64,000 nucleotides of DNA, taken from positions 419 through 64,418 of the forward strand of contig JBGUQI010000019.1 in the NCBI GenBank assembly GCA_045130875.1. The letters are read 5' to 3'. The DNA comes from Bacilli bacterium (lineage in GTDB: Bacteria > Bacillota_I > Bacilli_A > RFN20 > CAG-826). The translations under genes and the position numbers were made by a program. Under the pieces are notes generated by a model that saw only the letters and a list, made by a program, of their open reading frames with translations, searched no databases and had not been told where the DNA came from. This document shows, in pieces, positions 19,005-28,496 of this stretch (position 1 is its first letter; each line of letters opens with the position of its first letter).

Positions 19005-21327
19005 CTAATTCAATGACATACAGACGGGAGCCAAAGTCTTTCATCACTCTCACTCCATCATTTAATCCGGAAGCAGACCATTCAGGATCTAAGATTAATC
19101 CTCCATTATTGAGGACACTACCATAGACAGTGTAATTCTCTTTTTCTCCCGGCATGGTTTTGTGTTTTGATAAAACATTAACTAACCATCCATTAGGATT
19201 AACATGGAAGGGAGTAATCATATTAACAAGACCACCAAAATCTTTGATGTTATGGTCGAGTTCCACTACTCCAATGTTATATTTCTTATCTTCCAATAAC
19301 CCTGTTGTGTTGATAATTCCTTCTGGTGCTAAAAGCTTTTGGATAGTGAGATAATATCCCACTAAGCATTGCTTTTTATCTTTAGATAACACTTCCCATT
19401 TACGATAGTTATCGGAATAGGTTTCTAATTCATAGAAATCACCAAATTGGAATGTCTCACGATACTTTTTATAAACTTCGATGAGTTTTAAGCATCTCTT
19501 CTGTTCTTGTTTGTTGAGTTCATTGAAAAGAAGCTCAAAACCAAGCACTCCAAACATCGCGACATTAAATCTCGTATCGATAGGTGTATGTCTTAAAAGT
19601 TGATGCGATGGAGAAGAGGAAACGTGGGCAGAAACTGTGCTTTGAGGATATCCAAGATAATATCCGCTTTGGATAATCTGTCTGGCTAATCCATCAGTGT
19701 CATCACTAGCCCATATCTGCGGGAAATAAGAGAGGATTCCTAAATCGAAACGATTTCCCCCACTTGCGCATCCTTCAAATAAGACATTGGGGAACATCTT
19801 TGTAAGTTCCGAAAGGATGCGATATAAACCCAAGATATAACGGTGATAGAATTCACCCGGAACAAAACCATCAAAGGTGATATCGGACATGTTTCTATTC
19901 ATATCCCATTTCACAAATTCAATCTCCGCGGATTTCAAAGTGTTAGCAACATTTTCAATGATGTAATCCTGTACTTCTTTTTTAGTTAAATCTAAATGGA
20001 ATTGATTTCTTGAAGGAGAGGGTTTCCTATCCGCACATTTAACCACCCAATCAGGATGGGCTCTAAAGCAATCGGAATCTTCATTGACACTTTCGGGTTC
20101 AAACCACAAACCGAATTTGAGTCCTTTATTATGAATCTTTTTACTTAGTCCCTTGAGTCCTCCAGGGAGTTTCTTTGTATTGACATTATAATCACCTAAA
20201 CCGGCACGGTCGTGATTACGAGCGCCGAACCATCCGTCATCTAAAACAAATAGTTCAGCACCATATTTTTTAGCATCTTTAGCTAAAGCTAATAACTTCG
20301 ATTCATTGAATTTGAAGTATGTAGCTTCCCAGTTATTAATAACCACTGGTCTTATCGTGTTATTCCACTGGGATGGAATGACATGGTTATTCGTAAAATG
20401 GTGCATGTTAAGGCGCGCACCATTAATGCCTTTATCGGAATATGTTAATACCGCATAAGGTGTTTCAAATTTCTCGCCTTTATTTAATACTTTTTCAAAG
20501 CAGAAAGGATTGATACCCGCTTCCACTCTCACTAAGCCACCATGATCTAATTCAATCTCTTCTAAATGGTTACCACTATAGATGAGGTTGAAGGAATAAA
20601 CTTCACCATAATTTAAAGTGGCTTTCTTTTCTTTTAACATAAAGAAAGGATTGAATCTCGCACTGCTGAATCCTGTTCTTGATTCAACGGAATACTTACC
20701 TTCTTTAAGAAGTTGGGTTTGTTGATTCATCTCCGAAGCCCAAGAACCAGATATAGTGGTTAGTTCAAATTCTTTGTTCACTAAATCAAGTTGATAAGAT
20801 AGAGCCTTGAGAACTGATAATGCTAATTCACTTTCATTAACGATAACGACGTTTCTGACAATGACATCTTCTTTTTCAAAGACGAGATAATGGAGTTCCA
20901 CATTCACATTAGCCTTTTCATCTTTTAAGATAATCACTAATTCTTCGTTAGCGTCATGTGGAGTGGGTAATCCCTCTAATGGTTTTGGTTCTCTAATTTC
21001 AAATGAATTAAATTTGAAATCAAAGACGTAACCATATTTCTCATTCTTTAAAAGAATAGGTGTGGTACGGTAATCTCCCTTATGAGGAAAAGAGAATTCT
21101 AATGGAACAGCGTCCATCGATAATCCTTCATTCTTTTCTGCATCATAAACTGTGGAGGTCCCTTTACCAACATTGGGTTTCACGCTTAAAGCCTGGACAT
21201 CAAAGTCCACAAGGTCAATCTTCTTTCCGAAATAATCGTGGAAAAGAAGTCCAGTCTTATCGACATGAAACACATAAGATAAATGATCTGTATTTATCAA
21301 AAATACATCTTTCTGTGTTTTAACCAT
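18991..21327 (-). CDS. GH36 alpha-galactosidase
   Basis: NNWEATYF, FVLDDGWFG, FGLWFEPE, KWDMNR, CASGGNRFDLG and WASDDTD. Confidence 0.96.
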   Translation of the reverse strand: MVKTQKDVFLINTDHLSYVFHVDKTGLLFHDYFGKKIDLVDFDVQALSVKPNVGKGTSTVYDAEKNEGLSMDAVPLEFSFPHKGDYRTTPILLKNEKYGYVFDFKFNSFEIREPKPLEGLPTPHDANEELVIILKDEKANVNVELHYLVFEKEDVIVRNVVIVNESELALSVLKALSYQLDLVNKEFELTTISGSWASEMNQQTQLLKEGKYSVESRTGFSSARFNPFFMLKEKKATLNYGEVYSFNLIYSGNHLEEIELDHGGLVRVEAGINPFCFEKVLNKGEKFETPYAVLTYSDKGINGARLNMHHFTNNHVIPSQWNNTIRPVVINNWEATYFKFNESKLLALAKDAKKYGAELFVLDDGWFGARNHDRAGLGDYNVNTKKLPGGLKGLSKKIHNKGLKFGLWFEPESVNEDSDCFRAHPDWVVKCADRKPSPSRNQFHLDLTKKEVQDYIIENVANTLKSAEIEFVKWDMNRNMSDITFDGFVPGEFYHRYILGLYRILSELTKMFPNVLFEGCASGGNRFDLGILSYFPQIWASDDTDGLARQIIQSGYYLGYPQSTVSAHVSSSPSHQLLRHTPIDTRFNVAMFGVLGFELLFNELNKQEQKRCLKLIEVYKKYRETFQFGDFYELETYSDNYRKWEVLSKDKKQCLVGYYLTIQKLLAPEGIINTTGLLEDKKYNIGVVELDHNIKDFGGLVNMITPFHVNPNGWLVNVLSKHKTMPGEKENYTVYGSVLNNGGLILDPEWSASGLNDGVRVMKDFGSRLYVIELDETH

Positions 21328-21373
21328 ATATTTAACCTCGAAATTATTATATAATTTATTACGGTAAAATAAA

Positions 21374-23683
21374 ATGAAACAAGCAATTAATTTTAACTGG
21401 AAATTCGTCCCTGATTATAAGGATGATTATTTAAATGCCTTCCCTAAGGAAAGTCAGACAATAAATATACCTCATTCTGTCAAAGAAATTCCCTATAACT
21501 ATTTCGATGAAAAATCCTATCAAATGGTCTCTACTTACGAGAAGGTTTTCGATATTGAAGAAGACATTAAAGATAAAGTCATCCAACTAGTTTTTGATGG
21601 CTATATGTTAAAAGCTAGAATCTACCTCAATGGTAATGATTTGGGTGAACACGTTTCCGGTTGGATTAAAGTTAAATTAGATATCACTCAATTTGTAAAA
21701 CAAAAAGGTAACCGCCTAGTGGTAGTTCTCGACTCTAGAGAAGATATTTTAATTCCACCATTTGGTTACGCAGTGGACTACCTCACTTTTGGAGGTATCT
21801 ATCGTGAAGTAAATATTGAAGTTCACCCCCAATCATATTTAGACAATATCTTTGTGAAATCCAATATCAAAGGAAACGTTAGAATCTCCTATGACAAAAT
21901 CGGAGAAGGAAAAGTAAAACATAAACTTTTCTTTGAAGATAAAGTTGTTATCAAATCTGATAATGATGAATTTAAAATCGATAATCCTAAACTCTGGGAT
22001 TTAGATAATCCTAATTTGTATAAATTAGTAACCTCTATTGATGATAGAGAAGAATACATTACTAGATTTGGATTTAGAGAAGCCATATTCAAACAAGATG
22101 GTTTCTATCTAAATGGTAAGAAGATTAAATTGATGGGTTTAAATAGACATCAGTCATATCCATATGTTGGATACGCAATGCCGAAATCCATTCAAGAAGA
22201 TGATGCGGATATTTTGAAATATAAGCTTGGTCTAAATATCGTGAGACAATCCCACTACCCACAGAGCGAACACTTCTTAAATAGATGCGATGAGATTGGT
22301 CTATTAACCGTTAATGAGATTCCAGGATGGCAACATCTCGGAAAAGAAGAAGCTTGGAGAAACCAATATTATGAATTCGTGAAGATGATGGTTATTACCC
22401 AAAGAAACCACCCTTCTTTAATTGCTCATGGGGTGAGAATTGATGAATCTCAAGATGACCATGAACTATATTTAAAAGGTAATCAAATCGCTCATGAATT
22501 AGATGATACAAGACAGACACTAGGGGTCAGAAACTTCCAAAATAGCGAACTTTTAGAGGATATTTACGCTTATAATGACTTTTCTTGTGATTCTATGCGT
22601 ATCGGTTTAACTAATCGAAACAAGATTACCAAACATAAAGATAAACCCTATCTAGTCACTGAATATATGGGTCATATGGATCCTGTTAAATCAACAAGTG
22701 ATGAAAGATTAAAAGTTGAGGTTGCTTTAAGACACGCGAAAGTCATTGATGACAATTATAAATATCAAGATATCGCCGGAGCGATTGGTTGGTGTGCTTT
22801 TGATTATCACACTCATGTGGATTTCGGTTCTGGTGACCACATCTGCCCTCATGGTGCATTCGATTTATTTAGAAATCCTAAACACACTGCGTATATCTAT
22901 GCTTCTCAATCAGAAGTTAAACCAATATTAGAAGTTATCTCTAATATGAAACCAGGAGATTATCCTGAAGCTAAATACTGCGATATCTATGTCGCCACAA
23001 ACTGTGATTATTTCGATTTATATAAGAATGATGAATTAATCAAAAGGTATTATCCCAAAAAAGATCAATTCAAATACCTACCACATCCACCAATCCTCGT
23101 GGATGATATCGTTGGAGAAACATTTAAAGAAGAAAAGTTCCCCAAGAAAAGCTTGCCCAAGATTGCCAAGATGCTATCCCATGCTGCTACGCAGGGATAT
23201 AACAATCTATCATTAGGAGAACTCTTATATCTCGGAATGATGTCCAAGAAATATAAAGCGGACCATGCTTATCTAGTTGCAATGTTCAATACCTATGTCG
23301 GCTCCTGGGGCGGTATCGCTAAAACATATACCTTCAAAGGATATAAAAACGACCAACTTGTAGTCACAAAGAAAGTCGGTGCATCAAAGAAATTTGATTT
23401 ATGTGTAGAAGCCAACAAAACGGAACTCAAAAATGAAGATACCTATGATGGCTTAAGAATCTCAATTAGACACGTCGATGAAAATGGTTCATTGATGCAG
23501 TACTCCAATAGAGTAGTCCATATCCAAAGTGAAGGTCCGATCAAAGTATTAGGAGATGAATATCAATCACTAATTGGAGGGCAGTTATCTCTCTATGTGT
23601 TGTCCTTAGGAAATAAGGGAAAAGCAAAAGTCACCATTAAGATGGATGACATCGTTAAAGAGATTGAAATTAATGTATTATAA
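21374..23683 (+). CDS. GH2 beta-galactosidase
   Basis: DYLTFGGIYR, GLNRHQSYPYVGYAM, RQSHYP, VRIDE (acid/base), VTEYMGH (nucleophile) and GWCAFDY. Confidence 0.9.
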   Translation: MKQAINFNWKFVPDYKDDYLNAFPKESQTINIPHSVKEIPYNYFDEKSYQMVSTYEKVFDIEEDIKDKVIQLVFDGYMLKARIYLNGNDLGEHVSGWIKVKLDITQFVKQKGNRLVVVLDSREDILIPPFGYAVDYLTFGGIYREVNIEVHPQSYLDNIFVKSNIKGNVRISYDKIGEGKVKHKLFFEDKVVIKSDNDEFKIDNPKLWDLDNPNLYKLVTSIDDREEYITRFGFREAIFKQDGFYLNGKKIKLMGLNRHQSYPYVGYAMPKSIQEDDADILKYKLGLNIVRQSHYPQSEHFLNRCDEIGLLTVNEIPGWQHLGKEEAWRNQYYEFVKMMVITQRNHPSLIAHGVRIDESQDDHELYLKGNQIAHELDDTRQTLGVRNFQNSELLEDIYAYNDFSCDSMRIGLTNRNKITKHKDKPYLVTEYMGHMDPVKSTSDERLKVEVALRHAKVIDDNYKYQDIAGAIGWCAFDYHTHVDFGSGDHICPHGAFDLFRNPKHTAYIYASQSEVKPILEVISNMKPGDYPEAKYCDIYVATNCDYFDLYKNDELIKRYYPKKDQFKYLPHPPILVDDIVGETFKEEKFPKKSLPKIAKMLSHAATQGYNNLSLGELLYLGMMSKKYKADHAYLVAMFNTYVGSWGGIAKTYTFKGYKNDQLVVTKKVGASKKFDLCVEANKTELKNEDTYDGLRISIRHVDENGSLMQYSNRVVHIQSEGPIKVLGDEYQSLIGGQLSLYVLSLGNKGKAKVTIKMDDIVKEIEINVL

Positions 23684-23714
23684 AAGAAATCCCACGATGT
23701 GGGATTCTTTTTTT
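23682..23714. terminator. Bidirectional intrinsic terminator
   Basis: aatcccac-gat-gtgggatt flanked by A- and T-runs between convergent genes. Confidence 0.8.
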
Positions 23715-24501
23715 ATTCAGTTTTTTGTTTCTTTTTCTCAATTAGATATTTAATGCCGATAATCAAGAAGTGAATTGCCACACCCGTTATCGCATAGCAG
23801 GATACTGTAATCAGTGTCCACACAATCGCGGGAACGTTTGTGGATATCACTTTTAAGACTGGGAAGTTGCTTCCATCATAGATATAGAAATAATCACTAC
23901 CCGTTATTGCATCAAAGATCCAAACGGTCAACGCTAAAGCGCCAAATAAGATAAGACCATAGATGAAGTCTTTCTTTTGGATGTCATAGAATTTGGTGAC
24001 CACCATAATAAGGGGAACGATGACATCTATCGCATGATAAATCAAAGAAGACATTCCAGGGAATGATAATGCGGAATATCCTCCTGGAGGACATCCGACG
24101 AATAAGGTAATGAATCCCATTATCATATTAATGATAACTAGGAAGCTTGATGCTGCGGTCTTGACGATTTTGTTTTCCACAAATATAGCAAACGGGAAAA
24201 CAAACATAAACATGCAACAACTATGAAGCGGAAGCATGGTTTTAAGATTAAATGGATATTGGTCCGGATGAACCGCACACATGATGTAGTTATATCCATA
24301 ATAAGTCCAAACCACTACTAAATAGAGAATCCACAAAGATATCAAAACAATCTTAATGGTCTTTTTTTCTCTCTTCCTTAAGACCAAAGCTAAAACGACA
24401 CCGATAGCCATGGCGATAAGAATAAATAAGAGATGATCTAACTTAAAGGCATAGGATTCTAATTCTCTACCTAGCCAGTCATGAGATGAAAAGAAATTCA
24501 T
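23713..24501 (-). CDS. YwaF/TMEM164-like integral membrane protein (putative acyltransferase)
   Basis: HLLF, LPLHSCC, LIYH and DYFYI motifs, about 7 TM segments. Confidence 0.75.
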   Translation of the reverse strand: MNFFSSHDWLGRELESYAFKLDHLLFILIAMAIGVVLALVLRKREKKTIKIVLISLWILYLVVVWTYYGYNYIMCAVHPDQYPFNLKTMLPLHSCCMFMFVFPFAIFVENKIVKTAASSFLVIINMIMGFITLFVGCPPGGYSALSFPGMSSLIYHAIDVIVPLIMVVTKFYDIQKKDFIYGLILFGALALTVWIFDAITGSDYFYIYDGSNFPVLKVISTNVPAIVWTLITVSCYAITGVAIHFLIIGIKYLIEKKKQKTE

Positions 24502-24536
24502 AACACTATTTTACTTTCTTAAGAAAAAGCTATCAA
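24502..24536 (-). promoter_or_regulatory. Sigma-A promoter, leaderless, for YwaF/TMEM164-like gene
   Basis: TTGATA(24536-24531)-N17-TAAAAT(24513-24508)-N6-ATG(24501). No SD. The -35 lies inside the upstream terminator stem. Confidence 0.65.
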
Positions 24537-24548
24537 CTGAATGATAGC
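24524..24548 (-). terminator. Intrinsic terminator after GT-B gene
   Basis: gctatca-N6-tgatagc followed by T5 on the minus strand. Confidence 0.65.
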
Positions 24549-24555
24549 CCTTATC

Positions 24556-26007
24556 TTATTTACGGCCTTCAACCGCTAATTTGACAGCTTTATAACCGCC
24601 ATCATAGATGCCTTGTTCTTTAAGTTTAACAATCTGTTCGTTGAGATGGATTAATAAATCCTTATCTTCAATCAATCTATCTAGCATCTCATTCATAGAT
24701 TTCTTATCAGGACATTCAAATGTGGAATCGCCAATCTCTTGAGCGTGAATCGCACCATAGACTTCGTGTCCACCGATATGCCTCATCATCACTTTCACTA
24801 CTGGATAGAAAGCGAGTTCAGATGGTTTGGTAATAAGTACTTCCACTTGTCTCATTAATAAGTTTGTAGAATAGACTGCTTCAAAGATATCTTTGTGATA
24901 GAAGATATATGTTCCTTCCACCACTTTCTTATCCATATCATTTACAAACTCATTGAGTTCTTGGTATTTATTGAAATACTTAATGACTTGTTCTTCAAAT
25001 CCCTTAATGTGTTTCTTAAGATATTCAAACATATCTAAGTGGTCACCAAGATTTAAGAATAACGCCACTTTCTTTTCTTGCACATAAGGTAAGAGATGTT
25101 CAATGATTTGAAGGAAGTATTTGGCTCCCGCACCAGCACCACCGACAGACATTAAAATTCTAATTGGCTCACCATTTTTGATACGTTTTACGCGGTTTTG
25201 CACATCTTTTTCAATATTTGCCACCAATTCATGGTCCACATAATGGCCTACTTCATAGATATCTTTATCAGGAATTCCCTTTAAAGGTTTCTTAGCCATA
25301 CCATTGAGCATTTTGTATCCAAGATAGGCAAAAGGAGTTTGTACACAGTGGATAGCGCCTTCAGATAGATGTAACGCCATTGGCCAGTTATCTGGAATAG
25401 CATTGACCACATGAGTTAAACCAGCATGGATAGCACCTTGACTTGGCCATACGTGTGTGGCAATAAAAGGAATATCCTTTGGTAAATCATTATAAAGAGG
25501 CGCTAATAATTCAGCGTTCTTCTGATCGGTTGAGTTATAAGTTATTTGTCTAAAGCCTTCGGAGTTTAATGGTTCCCAGAAGAACTTGTTAAATAGTTTA
25601 GATTTTTGACTAATCCTAGAAGCTTTGGAATAGAGATCATTTTGATATCTAATCATCTTGCTTCCTGTTGCATCAAAGCTCGCTAAGTCAAACCAATAAG
25701 GCTCATAACCTAAAGCTTTCGCACAACTTGCTAAAGCAATAGAAATACGATAATGGCCAAAGCCCATTCTGATATTACCAACAATTAAAGCGTTCTTGGG
25801 GAACTCCATTGGCTTTTCATTTAAGACTAAGTTTTGGGTATTAATGAATTCTAAAGAAGGAATTTTCTCTACTGATAAGTGATATTCCTTATTAGTGTCA
25901 TCACCATATTTCTTGATGAATTTGCTTTTCGATTTAATTCCTTTTTTAATCGTTTTTTTATCGATAGGATTACCAAAAATAATCGAGGATTTATCTGTTA
26001 TTTGCAT
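24556..26007 (-). CDS. GT-B fold protein resembling MGDG synthase/UgtP (GT28-like), divergent
   Basis: Ordered motifs MGFGHYRI, IATHVWP, IPDNW, MSVGGAGAG, LMRQVEVLITKPSE and GGHEVYG parallel the GxGH, ATHP, TD, MGGG, ITKPGG and PGQE motifs of MGDG synthase/UgtP. SD aaaggag before ATG 26007. Confidence 0.6.
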   Translation of the reverse strand: MQITDKSSIIFGNPIDKKTIKKGIKSKSKFIKKYGDDTNKEYHLSVEKIPSLEFINTQNLVLNEKPMEFPKNALIVGNIRMGFGHYRISIALASCAKALGYEPYWFDLASFDATGSKMIRYQNDLYSKASRISQKSKLFNKFFWEPLNSEGFRQITYNSTDQKNAELLAPLYNDLPKDIPFIATHVWPSQGAIHAGLTHVVNAIPDNWPMALHLSEGAIHCVQTPFAYLGYKMLNGMAKKPLKGIPDKDIYEVGHYVDHELVANIEKDVQNRVKRIKNGEPIRILMSVGGAGAGAKYFLQIIEHLLPYVQEKKVALFLNLGDHLDMFEYLKKHIKGFEEQVIKYFNKYQELNEFVNDMDKKVVEGTYIFYHKDIFEAVYSTNLLMRQVEVLITKPSELAFYPVVKVMMRHIGGHEVYGAIHAQEIGDSTFECPDKKSMNEMLDRLIEDKDLLIHLNEQIVKLKEQGIYDGGYKAVKLAVEGRK

Positions 26008-26020
26008 AATAACTCCTTTC

Positions 26021-26044
26021 AAAAAAGGCTCATTAAAGAGCCTT
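26021..26044 (-). terminator. Terminator-like hairpin after MelB-like gene, directly abutting the SD of the next gene
   Basis: aaggctc-N6-gagcctt with a T6 run on the minus strand. Confidence 0.6.
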
Positions 26045-26059
26045 AATTATTAATAATAA

Positions 26060-27691
26060 TTATTGTGCTTCTACTGGAGCAGCGGCTTCTTGAGCTTTGA
26101 TAGCCGCTTCATTTTTAGCGTTGAGTTCGTCGACGATTTCTTTAACTTTCTGTTCATCGAGTTTGTAGCAGAATCTAAGGACAACCCAAGAGCCAATAAA
26201 GACTAAGACGATAACACCGATAACGATACTACCAAAGATGATTAATGATTGTCTGGAAACTCCGCCCAATTCACCAGCGATTAAAGCATCTCTTGCTGTA
26301 TCGGTAATCTCTCCGGCATTATATTGACCTTCATATTTTGAGATAGCATCGATAGCGGAAGATGTACCAGTAATTAAGAAGACGAGATATTGTAAACCTC
26401 TATTTAAACCAGAAGCCAATTTAACATCTAATGGTCTCCAAGCAAAACAGATGGATTCTTTTCTTTCACCAGTGCTCCATTCACCATAATCGATGGCGTC
26501 TTGGAACATAACTAAGACAGCGAGGTAGAAGATACCAGCGGCACCAAAGAATAAGAATGCCAAGACATATAATAATGACATCGTGCCACCAAAGATCCAG
26601 AAAATATTGTTTGCATCTGGTTCAAACCAAGCCACTGGTTTATCGCCAAAGATTGGGAAGGCGATGAAGAAGAAGGCGATATATGAAACGAGAATAATCG
26701 CAGTCATAATCGTTAATATCTTCTTCTTAGATATTCGTTTAGCAAGCATGGGGTAGAATGCCTGAGCCACTATTGTGGCTAAGACATAGATGACTGAGAT
26801 AAAGGTAGCAACCATGCCTCCTTTACCTCCACCATATCCGTAGACAATATAGAAATAATTTAGACCGATACCAGTCAAGATAAAGCTTCCTAAATAATAT
26901 AGGAGCATGCCGATAGCGGCAAAGAGTAATTGTTTATTTTTCTTAACCACTCTGAAAAGGTCAAGAATTGAGGATTTTTCACTGATTTCTTCTTGTTCAG
27001 CATTACGTGCTTTTTCTTTACATAAGAAGAATACTAAGGTTTGTGATGCAAGAAAGAAGGCGGCAACACCTAAACCCGCAAACATATAGACCGCTTTCGC
27101 GGAACCCTTACCACCAGGAAGGACGAACATTAAAATGTTCATTAAGAATGTACCAGCAGAAGCTGCGATAGCAGTCTGGGTAGTTAATTTCGCTCTTTCT
27201 TTAGCGTCATTTGTAAGAGCGGGTAGCATGGACCAATATCCAATATCATTCATCGTGAAGCATGTATCCCAAAGGATATACATGACAATCATAAAGGCTA
27301 CATAAGCCCATCCGTGAACCGCGGGGAAGATGAACGGAATAAGGAACATCAACATGACAACGACTGCGTTGCCAATCGCACCGATTTCAATCCAAGGACG
27401 GAATTTACCAGCTTTGAAATGACATTTCTCGAGAATGAATCCCATAATCGGGTCATTAATACCATCCCAGAGTAACGCAATCATCATCGCGACGGTAATG
27501 ACACCATATTGTTTTGTGAATGCTTCGCCTGTATCAAGAACACCTGAAGTAATCGCATATTGGATTAAGAATGTTCCTATTAAAGCATAACAAGCATCAC
27601 GGAAAATACCTGACCATGGAAATAAAATCTTGGTCAGCTTCGGAACTTTATCACCATGAAAGGTGTTGTTCTTTAAAACACTGTTTCCCAT
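26060..27691 (-). CDS. GPH family (MelB/LacS-like) MFS glycoside:cation symporter
   Basis: WDGINDPIMG, GKFRPW, DIGYWSMLPALT, ERAKL and DAIDYGEWSTGERKE. About 12 TM segments. Confidence 0.92.
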   Translation of the reverse strand: MGNSVLKNNTFHGDKVPKLTKILFPWSGIFRDACYALIGTFLIQYAITSGVLDTGEAFTKQYGVITVAMMIALLWDGINDPIMGFILEKCHFKAGKFRPWIEIGAIGNAVVVMLMFLIPFIFPAVHGWAYVAFMIVMYILWDTCFTMNDIGYWSMLPALTNDAKERAKLTTQTAIAASAGTFLMNILMFVLPGGKGSAKAVYMFAGLGVAAFFLASQTLVFFLCKEKARNAEQEEISEKSSILDLFRVVKKNKQLLFAAIGMLLYYLGSFILTGIGLNYFYIVYGYGGGKGGMVATFISVIYVLATIVAQAFYPMLAKRISKKKILTIMTAIILVSYIAFFFIAFPIFGDKPVAWFEPDANNIFWIFGGTMSLLYVLAFLFFGAAGIFYLAVLVMFQDAIDYGEWSTGERKESICFAWRPLDVKLASGLNRGLQYLVFLITGTSSAIDAISKYEGQYNAGEITDTARDALIAGELGGVSRQSLIIFGSIVIGVIVLVFIGSWVVLRFCYKLDEQKVKEIVDELNAKNEAAIKAQEAAAPVEAQ

Positions 27692-27797
27692 TGATATGCC
27701 TCCATATGAAAAATAGTTACAAAACTATTCTACTAGATAATTAAACAAAAACATACAAATATGTTTAATTACGCATTTATTTGAAGTAATTTCAAAC

Positions 27798-27825
27798 AAA
27801 AAAGAGATGCATTAGCACCTCTTTT
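27798..27825 (-). terminator. Intrinsic terminator
   Basis: Minus-strand stem aaaagaggtgc-taat-gcatctctttt (one G-U pair) plus a T-run. Confidence 0.65.
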
Positions 27826-27840
27826 ATAACATGTTTTAAG

Positions 27841-28494
27841 TTACTTTTGTTCTTCTTCAGGAACTTCTTTTTTAGGTTCTTCTTTGGCTTCTTTCTTTTC
27901 TTCTTCTTTATAACTTAAGTTATTAAAGAGAGATAACAAGATACCTAAGAATAATCCAGCGGTAACTAATAGGATTACCATCTCAATACCATATAATGGG
28001 CTTTCTCTATAAATACCCAAGAAGGATGAGAGAAGCACTAAGATGGCAAATAAACCAAAGAAGGCAATCGCGATAACATTGAGAATCTTATTAATGGATT
28101 TAAGCATTCCTCTTCTTCCAATTAGGAAGTACACAAGGAATAACACCATCACCACTAGAGTGAGGATGCTAACGGAAAGGTAAGCCACAGAATCCCAAGT
28201 CACATCAGAATATTGGAATAAAACAGAAGAGACTATAGAGATCACGAATGAAGCAGTTAATAAAGAAGCCACAGTCACAATACTGACAACTCTTGTGAAA
28301 ATTGGTTTCTTCGCCGTTAAAGCGGCTAAGAATAAAACGCTGACCACTAATTCAATAATGGCAAGGACACTTAAACCATCATCGACATTATTAACTTTGC
28401 TGGCCACTTGAATCATGATGAAAGCAAAGACTGATAGTAATATCCCAATGATAGATAAGACGATTGATAATAATGGGAATTTCTTAAAGTTCAT
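27841..28494 (-). CDS. Hypothetical membrane protein (about 6 TM, charged C-tail)
   Basis: Hydrophobic helices. SD gaggagg lies at the end of galK, 2 bp downstream of the galK stop. Confidence 0.75.
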   Translation of the reverse strand: MNFKKFPLLSIVLSIIGILLSVFAFIMIQVASKVNNVDDGLSVLAIIELVVSVLFLAALTAKKPIFTRVVSIVTVASLLTASFVISIVSSVLFQYSDVTWDSVAYLSVSILTLVVMVLFLVYFLIGRRGMLKSINKILNVIAIAFFGLFAILVLLSSFLGIYRESPLYGIEMVILLVTAGLFLGILLSLFNNLSYKEEEKKEAKEEPKKEVPEEEQK

Positions 28495-28496
28495 AA

